Assembly: GCA_963717755.1 (NCBI GenBank)
Contig: CAVQWY010000004.1
Location: forward strand, 75,451-139,450
Direction: 5' to 3'
DNA from: an uncultured Microthrixaceae bacterium
GTDB taxonomy: Bacteria; Actinomycetota; Acidimicrobiia; Acidimicrobiales; VFJN01
Length of the DNA stretch: 64,000 nt
Shown here piece after piece: positions 40,747-50,196 of this stretch (within the stretch, counting starts at the first letter, position 1; every line of letters starts with the position of its first letter). The translations under genes were made by a program, and so were the position numbers. Below the pieces are notes generated by a model. That model was not told the DNA's origin and did no database searches. It worked only from the letters and a program-made list of their open reading frames with translations.

Positions 40747-41329
40747 GTGAGCGACGACTCAGGCCGGGACCTGCACCTCCCTGCCAGCGGCGCGCCGACG
40801 GCGGCGGCGGTCGTCCTGCACCCCCATCCGAGCATGGGCGGCGACCGCCACCACCCGCTCGTGGTCACGGTCGCCGAGGGGCTGGCCGCCGCGGGCATCG
40901 CCGCACTGCGGGTCGATCCTACCGATCCCGACGTGGAGCGGTCGGCCGCCCGGCTGGAGCCGGTCGCCGCCGAGCTGCTGGCGGAGGTCGGGGTCGAGCG
41001 GATCTTGCTCGTCGGCTACTCGTGGGGCTCGATGGTGGCCGCGACCGCCTCGCCGGCCGGGTTGGCGGCGCGAGTGCTGGTGGCCCCGCCGGTGTCGATG
41101 GCTGACGTACCCGCGCCAGCTGACGACACGCCGTCGCTCGTGCTGGTCCCGCCCACGACCAGTACGGCGGGCCTGACGCGGTCCGGGCCGCGAGGAGCGG
41201 ATGGCCGCACACGGCCATCGAGGACGTCGACGGCTGCGACCACTTCCTCGCCGGCGCCATCACCGCATCGCCGCCCGAGACGGTGGCTGGCTCACGTGGT
41301 CAGGGCTGGGCGGCGTCCCGACAAGCTGA
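40747..41329 (+). CDS. Small alpha/beta hydrolase-fold protein (two to three frame breaks near 41150-41280)
   Basis: GTG at 40747. AAAVVLHPHPSMGGDRHHPLV, and nucleophile-elbow-like LLVGYSWGSMVA. The C-terminus is restored by frame changes (AHDQYGGPDAV...TAIEDVDGCDHFLAG), with a TGA at 41327-41329. Confidence 0.55.
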
Positions 41330-41427
41330 GCACGATCGTCCGAACGACGGCGGTCGACACCACGCGGGACATCATCGACCGCGGGCTTCTCTTCGATGCG
41401 GACACGAGGATCGCCGCGGCGGTCGAT

Positions 41428-42589
41428 TCAGGCGGCCGCCGGCTTGCCCGGGTGGGTCGCTGGTCTCGGCGCCGGCCGTCGGGGTCGGTGACCTCGACGG
41501 TGCCGTTGGGATCGAGGCGGATGTGCCAGCCCTTCATGTGCACGACGTGGTGGTGCTTGGAGCACAGCAGCACGAGGTTCGACGAGGTTGGTGGGGCCAC
41601 CGTCCTCCCAGTGGAGGATGTGGTGGCCCTCGCACCACTCGGCCGGGCGATCACAGCCTGGGAACCGGCAGCCCCAGTCGCGCAGCACGAGCGACGTGTA
41701 CACCGCGGGCGGGATCGTGCGGGTGGAGCGGCCGTAGTCGAGGATCGACGACAGGCCGTCGGTGATCACGCGGTGGATGTTGGCGTCGCAGGCGATCTTG
41801 CGGACGACCAACCCGGGCAGCGGCACGCCCGCTCAGCGTGCGGCCCGGCTGCTCGTCCTTCAGCGCCTCCTCGGGCACGACCACGTTGAGGTGGGGACGG
41901 TGGCGCTTGCCCAGCTTCTGGTCCTGGTGGTCGAGGTAGAACCGGAAGATGTCGGCCAGCGCCTGCCCCTGCCGCTTGGCGGAGGACTCCTCGAGGTTGC
42001 CGGAGTCGGCCAACCGGAGACCGGTGGCGATCAGCTCGGTGTGCTCGGCGTCGAAGGAGCCCTTGAGGTAGCCCCGCCCGTCGAGCGTCTTCACGAGGAT
42101 CGCTTCTGCCTGGACCTCCTCAGGCGGCTCCTTCTCGTCGAGGATGGCGTCGGCCTTGGCCGCCCAGTCCTGCATCGCTCGCGCGGTGGACTGGAGATCC
42201 AGCGGCTCGAGCAGCGGGACGATCTCGCCCTCGTGCTCGGCCCACAGCGGCGCCCGTCGATCGGTGACGTTGGCGACGATGATCTCCACCTGGCCATCGG
42301 TCAGCTGTCCCGCCAACCACGCCTCGGACGTCGCCGGCAGATCACGCAGCCGGCGACCGGTCTTGAGCACCCGGTTGGCGGTCTGGTTGGTCCAGCCCAG
42401 CGTGTTGCGGATCCAGGCGGTCATCGAGGCGTAGCCGTCCTGTTCGTACTCCCCACTGAGGTCGAGCTTCGCGAGGGCGATGGTGAGCTTGGCCGTGAGG
42501 GTCGTGTGCTGCTGGGCCACCTCGACCACGGCGGCGCTGCAAGGCGGGATCTCCAGGGTCTGGATCGATTCGGCCAACGCCTCGAACAT
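41428..42589 (-). pseudogene. DUF222 plus HNH endonuclease (13E12-repeat-type selfish gene), frame-broken
   Basis: The N-terminal DUF222-like part is intact from the ATG at 42587-42589. The HNH core is split over two frames: CRFPGCDRPAEWCEGHHILHWEDGGPTNL / LVLLCSKHHHVVHMKGWHIRLDPNGTVEV. The 3' end is uncertain (41292-41428). Confidence 0.7.
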
Positions 42590-42736
42590 CTGCCAAGCGT
42601 ACACCAGTTCGTGTGACAGAACAGGCCCCGAAATGGCCTCTGACCAGGATTTCTCTGGAGCTTTCGCCACACGAGCCACACGAAAACCACCCGCCCCACC
42701 ACCGACACCCCGGACCTGTTGTGACAGCATCGGCCG

Positions 42737-43204
42737 ATGGGACGAACCGCGCGAGTCGTTGCGTTGACCGCCTTGGCCGTCGGTGCGGTGGGCTGCGGTT
42801 CGGACGGTGATGGCGCCGAGGGATCCGGCGAGGAGGAGACGACCACCACGTCGTCAGGCGAGTTCTGCGAGGCGGCGGAGACCTACCGGCACCTGCTCGA
42901 CGATGTCGACGTGAGCAGCGTCGAGGTCCTGCTCCAGGCGCTGGCTGACAGCGCGGTCGCCGCACGGGAGATGGCTGACCTGTCGCCGGCGGAGCTCACC
43001 GAGGGCACCGAGGCACTCGCGTCCGCTGCAGAGTCGCTGGCGACGAGCATCGCCGCGGAGGCACCGACGACGATGGAGGAGTTCGAAACGGCGGCTGACG
43101 CGGCCGTTGCCGACCTCGACGAGGAGTTCGGGGAGCGCCTGGACGAGGAGGTCGCACAGGTCGAGGACTACGCGACCGAGACCTGTGGGATCGAGCCCGG
43201 GTAG
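42737..43204 (+). CDS. Small acidic lipoprotein, unknown function
   Basis: Intact 155 aa ORF with lipobox LAVGAVGC, followed by a Glu/Asp/Ala-rich helical sequence. Confidence 0.55.
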   Translation: MGRTARVVALTALAVGAVGCGSDGDGAEGSGEEETTTTSSGEFCEAAETYRHLLDDVDVSSVEVLLQALADSAVAAREMADLSPAELTEGTEALASAAESLATSIAAEAPTTMEEFETAADAAVADLDEEFGERLDEEVAQVEDYATETCGIEPG

Positions 43205-43213
43205 CGATCGCGC

Positions 43214-43972
43214 TCAGATCGGACGGACGTCGATGCCGGCGTCGGTCATCGCCTGCTTGGCGGCGGCGATGGTGTGCTCCTCGAAGTGGAAGATCGATGC
43301 GGCGAGGACCGCGTCGGCGCCTCCCGCCAGCACCCCCTCCACGAGGTGCGCCAGCGTGCCCACTCCCCCGGACGCGATGACTGGGATCGTGCGCGAGTCG
43401 GTCATCGACCGGGTGAGCTCGATGTCGAAGCCCTGCTTCGTCCCGTCACGATCCATGGAAGTCAGCAGGATCTCCCCCGCGCCGAGCTCCTCCGCCTGCT
43501 TGGCCCAGCTCAGCGCGTCGATGCCCGTCGGGATGCGGCCGCCGTGCACGAACACCTCGAAGCCGAGGTCGGTGCGCCGGGCATCGACGGCGACCACGCA
43601 GCACTGCGTGCCGAACTCGTCGGCGATCTCGCGGATCAGGTCAGGACGATCGACAGCCGCGCTGTTCACGGACACCTTGTCGGCACCGGCGCGCAGGAGT
43701 CGCCGCGCGTCTTCCACCGAGCGGATGCCGCCGCCGATGGTGAACGGGATGAACACCTCCTCGGCCACGCGAGCGGCCATCTCTACGGTGGTGTCGCGCG
43801 CGTCCGACGACGCGGTGATGTCGAGGAACACGAGCTCATCGGCGCCCTCGGCGTCGTAGCGAGCGGCCAGCTCCACCGGATCGCCGGCGTCGACGAGGTC
43901 GACGAAGTTCACGCCCTTGACCACACGGCCGGCGTCCACGTCGAGGCACGGGATGATGCGAGCGGTCTTCAC
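43214..43972 (-). CDS. hisF: Imidazole glycerol phosphate synthase cyclase subunit
   Basis: Intact 252 aa ORF with [39 protein letters not shown], and ASGGVG. Confidence 0.95.
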   Translation of the reverse strand: MKTARIIPCLDVDAGRVVKGVNFVDLVDAGDPVELAARYDAEGADELVFLDITASSDARDTTVEMAARVAEEVFIPFTIGGGIRSVEDARRLLRAGADKVSVNSAAVDRPDLIREIADEFGTQCCVVAVDARRTDLGFEVFVHGGRIPTGIDALSWAKQAEELGAGEILLTSMDRDGTKQGFDIELTRSMTDSRTIPVIASGGVGTLAHLVEGVLAGGADAVLAASIFHFEEHTIAAAKQAMTDAGIDVRPI

Positions 43973-44703
43973 GTGCCGCTCCCCTGCAGGGCGGCCACGG
44001 CTTCGGCGACGTCGACGCGTCCCTCGTAGATCGCCGTGCCGACGATGGCCCCCGCCAGGCGCCGATCCCCCGCCGCGACCTCATCGAGCGCGACCAGGTC
44101 GGCCAGCGTGCCGACGCCCCCCGACGCGATGACGTCCAGGTCGGTGGCGGCCAGGACCTCGGCCAGCCCGTCGGTGTCAGCCCCGCCCATCAGGCCCTCG
44201 ACCTCGATCTGGGTGACGACGACGGCCACCGCCCCCGCGTCCGACAGCCGTCGGAGGGCATCGGGCCACTCCACGCCGGAGCCGTGCGACCACCCGCGCA
44301 CCGCCACCTCGCGGCCACGGACGTCGAGACCCAGCGCGACCGGCTGCCGGCTCGCGATCGTCGCGATGAGGTCGGGGTCCTCGAGCGCGACCGTGCCCAT
44401 CACGACGCGCGCGACGCCGACGTCGGCCAGCGCGGCGGCCGCCTCGGCGCTGCGGACGCCGCCGCCCGCCTGCACGGGCACATCGACGGCGGCGGCGATG
44501 GCCGCGATGAGGTGCCGGTTCACCGGCTCCCCGGTACGGGCCGCGTCGAGGTCCACCGTGTGGATCCACGGCGCCCCCGCGGCCACGAAGGCCTGAGCCA
44601 CCGCGACCGGGTCGTCGCCGTGGATGCGCTCGCGGTCGAAGTCCCCCTGGATCAGCTGGACGACCTGCCCGCCCCGCAGGTCGATGGCCGGGTAGAGGTC
44701 CAT
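43969..44703 (-). CDS. hisA: ProFAR isomerase HisA (or PriA-type)
   Basis: Internal ATG at 44701-44703. [31 protein letters not shown], and [12 protein letters not shown]. Its ends overlap the hisH stop and the hisF start. Confidence 0.9.
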   Translation of the reverse strand: MDLYPAIDLRGGQVVQLIQGDFDRERIHGDDPVAVAQAFVAAGAPWIHTVDLDAARTGEPVNRHLIAAIAAAVDVPVQAGGGVRSAEAAAALADVGVARVVMGTVALEDPDLIATIASRQPVALGLDVRGREVAVRGWSHGSGVEWPDALRRLSDAGAVAVVVTQIEVEGLMGGADTDGLAEVLAATDLDVIASGGVGTLADLVALDEVAAGDRRLAGAIVGTAIYEGRVDVAEAVAALQGSGT

Positions 44704-45326
44704 CAGGCAGGGACGCGAGCGGCGGCGCGCTCGACGAACGCCTGCAAGGCCGCGAGCCCCGTGCGGCTCGACTTCTCCGGGTGGAACTGGGTCGCCCACA
44801 CCGACTCCTGCTCGACGGCCGCGACCACGGGTCCGCCGTAGTCACAGGTGGCGGTGACGATGGCGTCGTCGGTGTCGGCGGCGTAGGAGTGCACGAAGTA
44901 GGCCCACGCGGGATCCGGGGCGAGGCGGAGCAGCTCCGGGTCGCCGCGCCGCTCGAGCAGGTTCCACTGCATCTGCGGGCGCTTCACGTCACCGGAGATG
45001 AGGCGTACGGTGCCCGGCAGCACGCCGAGGCCCGCCACCCCGGGGCTCTCCTCGGATGCCTGGAAGAGCATCTGCATGCCGATGCAGATGCCGAGGAACG
45101 GCACCTCGCGCGCCACCGCCTCGTGGACGAGCGGCTCGAGACCCGTGCGGCGAACCGCCTCCATGCAGCGACCGAACGCGCCCACACCGGGCAGCACGAC
45201 ACCATCGGCGTCGCGAACCAACCCGGGATCGGCGGTCAGCCGCGCGTCCGCCCCGAGGTGCTGGAGCGCCTTCTGCGCGGAGCGGAGGTTGCCGATCTCG
45301 TAGTCGAGGACGGCGATGAGGGTCAC
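44703..45326 (-). CDS. hisH: Imidazole glycerol phosphate synthase glutaminase subunit
   Basis: Intact 207 aa ORF with VLPGVGAFG, GICIGMQML (nucleophile Cys), and QFHPEKS. Confidence 0.95.
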   Translation of the reverse strand: MTLIAVLDYEIGNLRSAQKALQHLGADARLTADPGLVRDADGVVLPGVGAFGRCMEAVRRTGLEPLVHEAVAREVPFLGICIGMQMLFQASEESPGVAGLGVLPGTVRLISGDVKRPQMQWNLLERRGDPELLRLAPDPAWAYFVHSYAADTDDAIVTATCDYGGPVVAAVEQESVWATQFHPEKSSRTGLAALQAFVERAAARVPA

Positions 45327-45329
45327 TGC

Positions 45330-45923
45330 TCAGATCACGCCCTTGGTGGAGGGCACTCCCCCACCCTCGATGCGCACCGCGTCGCGCAGGCAACGGGCCA
45401 CGCCCTTGAAGGTGGCTTCGACGATGTGGTGGGTGTTGCGGCCCTCGCGGAGGCGCACGTGCAGCGTGATGCCGGCCGCGGTGGCGAACGACTGCCAGAA
45501 GTGCTCGGCCATCTCCGGGTTGAACGGCGGATCGCCCAGCGGCAGCACCTCGCCGAACGGGACGTCGTAGGCGGTGAACGGACGACCCGACAGATCGAGA
45601 GCCACCTCCACCAGCGCCTCGTCGAGTGGGTAGAGGCCGCTCGCGAAGCGCCGGATGCCAGCCTTGTCGCCGACTGCCTCGCGGAACACCTCACCAAGGG
45701 CGATGCCAACGTCTTCGACGGTGTGGTGGCCGTCCACGTGGAGGTCGCCGGTGGCTTGCACGTCGAGGTCGAAGCCACCGTGGCGCCCGAGCTGGTCGAG
45801 CATGTGGTCGAAGAACGGCAGACCGGTGCTCGCCGACACCGTGCCCGTGGGGCCGTCGATGTCGAGCCGGACGGAGATGCTCGTCTCCTTGGTGGTGCGC
45901 TCCTTGCTGGCCGAGCGAGTCAT
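45330..45923 (-). CDS. hisB: Imidazoleglycerol-phosphate dehydratase
   Basis: Internal ATG at 45921-45923. RTTKETSISVRLDIDG, FFDHMLDQLGRHG, DGHHTVEDVGIALG, and NTHHIVEATFK. Confidence 0.95.
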   Translation of the reverse strand: MTRSASKERTTKETSISVRLDIDGPTGTVSASTGLPFFDHMLDQLGRHGGFDLDVQATGDLHVDGHHTVEDVGIALGEVFREAVGDKAGIRRFASGLYPLDEALVEVALDLSGRPFTAYDVPFGEVLPLGDPPFNPEMAEHFWQSFATAAGITLHVRLREGRNTHHIVEATFKGVARCLRDAVRIEGGGVPSTKGVI

Positions 45924-46975
45924 GCGAGGGCGTCCTCCAGAGCGGCGAGGAAGGCATCGTCCTCGGCAGGGGTGCCGATCGTGACACGCAGGCAGCCGTC
46001 GAGGCGAGGCCACGAGGAGCAGTCCCGCACGAGCACCGAGCGGTCGAGCAGCGCCTGCCACACCGCCGCGCCGTCGCGCGCCTCGGGGCGGAACAGCACG
46101 AAGTTGGCGGCCGATGGCCACACGGTGACCGGCAGGTCGGCCAGGCGAGCGACGAGGCGCCCCCGCTCCTCCACCAGCGCGGCCACCCGCGAGCGCATGG
46201 CGTCGTCGAAGCCGAGGGCGAGGCGGCCGGCCGCCTGCTTCACCGAGTCGAGGTGGTACGGCAGCACCACCTCGTCGAGCTGGGCGACCAGCGAGCGAGG
46301 GCCGACGAGGTAGCCGAGCCGGGCCGCCGCCATCGACCACGTCTTCGAGTAGGTGCGCGTCACGACCAGCGCGCCGTCGTCGGTCACCAGGTCGAGCGCC
46401 GACCACGGGGCGAACTGACCGTAGGCCTCGTCGACCACGAGCAGCCCGGGCACCCGGTCGAGCACCTCGCGCACGGTGGCCTCGTCGTCGAGCATGCCCG
46501 TGGGGTTGTTGGGCGAGCACAGGAAGGTGATGGCAGGCGCCGCCTCGCCCAGCACCCGACGCACCTCGTCGAGATCGAGGGCGAGGTCGCTCGTGCGCTC
46601 GCCGGTGGCCACGCCCGTGCCCGTGACGCGTGCGATGTGGCTGTGCAGCGCGTAGGTGGGCTCGAACACCGCGGCCGAGCGACCCGGCCCGCCGTACGCG
46701 AGGCACAGGGTCTGGAGCACCTCGTTGGAGCCGTTGGCCGCGAACACCTGGGCGGGGTCGACGCCGTGGTGGGCGGCGATGGCCTCGCGCAGGGCGCGGT
46801 ACGAGCGATCGGGGTAGCGGTGCCACTCGAGCGTCGCCAGCTCCTCGGCGAGCGCGGCGGCGAAGCCGGCCGGCGGCGGCTCCGGCGCCTCGTTGGTGTT
46901 GAGGCGAACGGCCACGTCGACCTGGGCCGAGTGGTACCCCGCCATGAGCGCGAGGTCATCGCGCGGCGCGATCAC
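45920..46975 (-). CDS. hisC: Histidinol-phosphate aminotransferase
   Basis: GTG at 46973-46975 (GTGA overlap with the hisD stop). LNTNEAP, CSPNNPTG, and YSKTWSMAAARLGY (PLP Lys). Confidence 0.9.
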   Translation of the reverse strand: MIAPRDDLALMAGYHSAQVDVAVRLNTNEAPEPPPAGFAAALAEELATLEWHRYPDRSYRALREAIAAHHGVDPAQVFAANGSNEVLQTLCLAYGGPGRSAAVFEPTYALHSHIARVTGTGVATGERTSDLALDLDEVRRVLGEAAPAITFLCSPNNPTGMLDDEATVREVLDRVPGLLVVDEAYGQFAPWSALDLVTDDGALVVTRTYSKTWSMAAARLGYLVGPRSLVAQLDEVVLPYHLDSVKQAAGRLALGFDDAMRSRVAALVEERGRLVARLADLPVTVWPSAANFVLFRPEARDGAAVWQALLDRSVLVRDCSSWPRLDGCLRVTIGTPAEDDAFLAALEDALA

Positions 46976-48264
46976 GTCGGCCCCTGGCGGAGGCGGATCG
47001 ACTCCGCGTGGGCGTCGAGGCCCTCGTAGGTGGCGAGGGCGATCACGTGCTCCCCCACCTCGCGGAGCGCACCCTCGTCGACGGACACGACGTGGACGTG
47101 CTTGAGGAAGTCGTCGACCCGGAGGGCGCCGGAGAACCGCGCCGAGCCGTACGTGGGCAGCACGTGGTTCGGACCGGCCAGGTAGTCGCCCACCGACGCC
47201 GGGGCGAACGGTCCGCAGAACACCGCGCCGGCGTGCCGCACGAGGGGCAGGAGCGCGTCCGGATCGTCCACCAGGAGCTCGAGGTGCTCCGGGGCGATGG
47301 CGTTGGCGATCTCGATCGCATGCTCCGGGCCGTCGCACAGCACGGCGTAGCCGCCTTCGGCGAGCGTGGCCTCGAGGTGCTGGCGCCGCGGTGACCGCGG
47401 CACGATCTCCGCCACCGCCGCCGCCACGCCGTCCGCCACCGCCTCGTCCCAGGTGATCAGCCAGGCCAGGCCGTCGGGACCGTGCTCGGCCTGGAGCACG
47501 ACGTCGATGGCGGCCCACGCCACCGGTGTGGACCCGTCCGCGACGACGACCACCTCGGAGGGCCCCGCGAACGCGCTGGGCACGCCGACGAGGCCGGCCG
47601 ACGCGACCTCGCGCTTGGCCTGGGCCACGCGGGCGCTGCCGGGACCGACGATCACGTCGACCGCTCGGATCGACTCGGTGCCGTAGGCCAGTGCGCCGAT
47701 GACCGCGGGGCCGCCGACGCGATACACCTCGTCGACTCCCGCGATGGCGGCGGCCGCGAGGATGCCGGGGGCGACGGTGCCGTCAGGTTGGGGTGACGTG
47801 ACCAGCACCACCTCGGCCACGCCCGCGACCTTGGCCGGCACCGCGGTCATCAAGACGGTGGACACGAGCGGCGCGAGCGCGGACGGGACGTAGCACGCGG
47901 CTCGGTCGACCGGCCGCTGCAGCTCGCGCACCGTGATGCCGCCGTTGCGGTGGACACCGTCGTCGTGGCGCTGGGTCTGGTGGTAGGCGGTGATGTTGCG
48001 ATGCGCGACCTCGAGGGCGGCACGTACGTCCGGGGCGATCTGATCCACGGCGGCCTTCACGTCGGCGTCGGGGACCCGCAGCTCGTCGACCTGGGCCTTG
48101 TCGAAGCGGGCCGTGAGCTCGCGGAGGGCGACGTCGCCCCGCTCCCGCACGTCGGCCAGCAGCGCTCGGACCTCGTCGATCGGCGGCTCGACCTGGGCCT
48201 GGGGCCGCGGCAGGCGACCACGGAGGTCGCCGGTCACGCCACGGAGGTCGAGTCGCTGCAGCAC
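46972..48264 (-). CDS. hisD: Histidinol dehydrogenase
   Basis: Intact 430 aa ORF with YVPSALAPLVSTVLM, GPGSARVAQAKR, QAEHGPD, and GDYLAGPNHVLPT. Confidence 0.95.
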   Translation of the reverse strand: MLQRLDLRGVTGDLRGRLPRPQAQVEPPIDEVRALLADVRERGDVALRELTARFDKAQVDELRVPDADVKAAVDQIAPDVRAALEVAHRNITAYHQTQRHDDGVHRNGGITVRELQRPVDRAACYVPSALAPLVSTVLMTAVPAKVAGVAEVVLVTSPQPDGTVAPGILAAAAIAGVDEVYRVGGPAVIGALAYGTESIRAVDVIVGPGSARVAQAKREVASAGLVGVPSAFAGPSEVVVVADGSTPVAWAAIDVVLQAEHGPDGLAWLITWDEAVADGVAAAVAEIVPRSPRRQHLEATLAEGGYAVLCDGPEHAIEIANAIAPEHLELLVDDPDALLPLVRHAGAVFCGPFAPASVGDYLAGPNHVLPTYGSARFSGALRVDDFLKHVHVVSVDEGALREVGEHVIALATYEGLDAHAESIRLRQGPT

Positions 48265-48305
48265 CCGGTGAGGATACGTGCGCCTCTCGAGCGGCCCGAA
48301 ACGCG

Positions 48306-48518
48306 TTGGTCGTGCGCCACACTGGCGGGATGCCGCTCGACGCCCCCCAGCTCTCGTCGCTCTCGACCGCCCTCGGCGAGCTGACCCAGCGCATCACCAC
48401 GCTGGCCGACGGGTACCAGGAGTCGCCGCGCGAGGACGTCGCGGCCGACCTCTACGAGGTCGAGCGCCACCTCAACGCCGCCAGCCGTCGCCTCACCGCG
48501 CTCATCGCCAAGCTCTGA
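48306..48518 (+). CDS. Small helical hypothetical protein
   Basis: 70 aa ORF, or 62 aa from the MPLDAP start. It is divergent from hisD and is followed immediately by a strong hairpin. Confidence 0.4.
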   Translation: MVVRHTGGMPLDAPQLSSLSTALGELTQRITTLADGYQESPREDVAADLYEVERHLNAASRRLTALIAKL

Positions 48519-48524
48519 GAAATC

Positions 48525-48554
48525 GACGAGGGCGCTCCGGAGAGCGCCCTCGTC
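48525..48554 (+). terminator. Perfect 13-bp GC-rich hairpin
   Basis: GACGAGGGCGCTC-CGGA-GAGCGCCCTCGTC, starting 6 nt after the stop at 48518. There is no U-tract, so it would be an I-shaped, actinobacterial-style terminator. Confidence 0.6.
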
Positions 48555-48747
48555 TGGCGAGGTCAGGCGGCGGATCCCGACCTCGCAGGGACCGGCGAGT
48601 GGCGTGAGCCTGTCGCACGTGTCCGGGGACATCGTATCCGACGGTTGCGACCGGAACTACCTCACGCAGCGTGAGGAACAAGGTGGCCGATGTCACATGC
48701 AGTGCCAGAATTGTCCGACTTGGTGACAATCGTACGAGTGCGCCGGG

Positions 48748-49428
48748 CTACCCCGTCCCTGCGCTGGGACAGAAGTCGGCGAGCACGCAGTCACCGCATC
48801 GGGGCTTGCGAGCGACGCACACCGCCCGCCCGTGGAGGATCAGCCGGAGGCTGAAGACGCCGCGGTCGCGGGCCGGGATCATCCTGTTGAGCGCCAGCTC
48901 GGCCTTCACCGGGTCCGTCTCCTCGGTGAGGCCGAGGCGGCGCGAGAGGCGGCCGACGTGCGTGTCCACCGGCAGACCCGGCAGGTCCATCGCCACGCTG
49001 CGCAGCACGTTGGCGGTCTTGCGCCCCACCCCCGGAAGGGTCACGAGGTCCTCCATCCGGCTGGGCACCTCGCCCCCGAAGCGCTCGACCACACCGGTGG
49101 CCATGCCGATGAGGCTCTTGGTCTTGTTCTTGTAGAAGCCCGTCGATCGGATGATGTCCTCCACCTCCAGCGGCTCGGCCACCGCGAGGTCCTCTGCCGT
49201 GGGGTACCGCGCGAAGAGGTGGGGCGTCACCATGTTCACCCGCTCGTCCGTGCACTGGGCGGAGAGGATCGTGGCGCTCAGCAGCTCGAACGGGTTCCGG
49301 TGATCGAGGGCGCAAAGGTCGCGAGCGGAGCCTGGATGCTCGACGGAGAGGCGCTCGAGGGTGCGGCGCGCGCGTCCCGCGGCGGTTCGGGGCCGGCGTT
49401 CGGCGGGGGCGGGCACCGGTTCGAGCAT
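48748..49428 (-). CDS. nth: Endonuclease III
   Basis: Internal ATG at 49426-49428. The helix-hairpin-helix is LPGVGRKTANVL. The 4Fe-4S cluster ligands are CVARKPRCGDCVLADFC. Confidence 0.9.
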   Translation of the reverse strand: MLEPVPAPAERRPRTAAGRARRTLERLSVEHPGSARDLCALDHRNPFELLSATILSAQCTDERVNMVTPHLFARYPTAEDLAVAEPLEVEDIIRSTGFYKNKTKSLIGMATGVVERFGGEVPSRMEDLVTLPGVGRKTANVLRSVAMDLPGLPVDTHVGRLSRRLGLTEETDPVKAELALNRMIPARDRGVFSLRLILHGRAVCVARKPRCGDCVLADFCPSAGTG

Positions 49429-49464
49429 CGGGTGGCGAGAGTACCTACGGATACCGTGGCTGCG

Positions 49465-50196
49465 ATGCGTCACCTCGAGATCGTCCGTCCGTCGGGCCGG
49501 GCGCACATCGATCGGGTGCCCACCGGGTGGGCCATCGACGTGGATCCGCAGACCGACGTCGACAGCGCTCGCGACGTGCTGGACGCCGCGCTGGCCGCGG
49601 TGGCCGAGCAGGGCGGCGGGCTCGCACGGCACTGGGTGCGCGGCGGCGACCCGGTGGCGACCGCCGCCAGCTTGGCCCTCGGGCTCACCAAGGAGCGCGA
49701 GCTGCACCAGCTCCGTCGTCCGCTGCCGGTGGACGAACCGTGGGAGCTCGACGTCCGGCCGTTCGTTCTCGGCCGGGACGAGGACGCGTGGCTCGAGGTC
49801 AACAACCGCGCCTTCGACTGGCACCCCGAGCAGGGCCAGTGGAACCGCGCCGACCTGGAGTCTCGTTTCACCGAGCCGTGGTTCGACCCCGCCGGCTTCC
49901 TCCTGCACGAGGAGGACGGCCGGCTGGTCGGCTTCTGCTGGACGAAGGCCCACCGGGGGGTAGAGCCGAACCTCGGCGAGATCTACGTGATCGCCGTCGA
50001 CCCCGCCGCCGGTCGCCACGGCCTGGGCCGGCCGCTGACCTTGGCCGGTCTCGACCACCTGCACCGCACGGGCCTCGACGTCGGGATGCTCTACGTGGAC
50101 GGTGGCAACGAGGGCGGGCTGCGCCTGTACGACAAGCTCGGGTTCACGGTGCACCACACCGACACGAGCTACACGGTCGAGGTGGCAGGCGCGTGA
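49465..50196 (+). CDS. mshD: GNAT acetyltransferase resembling mycothiol synthase MshD
   Basis: ATG at 49465. FDWHPEQGQWNRADL, GFCWTK, GEIYVIAVDPAAGRHGLGRPLTLAGLDHL, and LYVDGGNEGGLRLYDKLGF. At 243 aa it is shorter than typical two-domain MshD. Confidence 0.6.
   Translation: MRHLEIVRPSGRAHIDRVPTGWAIDVDPQTDVDSARDVLDAALAAVAEQGGGLARHWVRGGDPVATAASLALGLTKERELHQLRRPLPVDEPWELDVRPFVLGRDEDAWLEVNNRAFDWHPEQGQWNRADLESRFTEPWFDPAGFLLHEEDGRLVGFCWTKAHRGVEPNLGEIYVIAVDPAAGRHGLGRPLTLAGLDHLHRTGLDVGMLYVDGGNEGGLRLYDKLGFTVHHTDTSYTVEVAGA

Noticed and set aside
42612-42733. Terminal inverted repeats (TGTGACAGAACAGG ... CCTGTTGTGACAG) flanking a mini-element upstream of the HNH gene.
   Set aside because: Only 6 nt (AACAGG/CCTGTT) are truly complementary, and the shared TGTGACAG is in direct orientation. 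This is too weak to call a mobile-element end.
48555-48747. 6C-type actinobacterial small RNA in the nth/small-gene gap.
   Set aside because: The 6C RNA is defined by two hairpins with C-rich loops. None of the hairpin loops here are C-runs.
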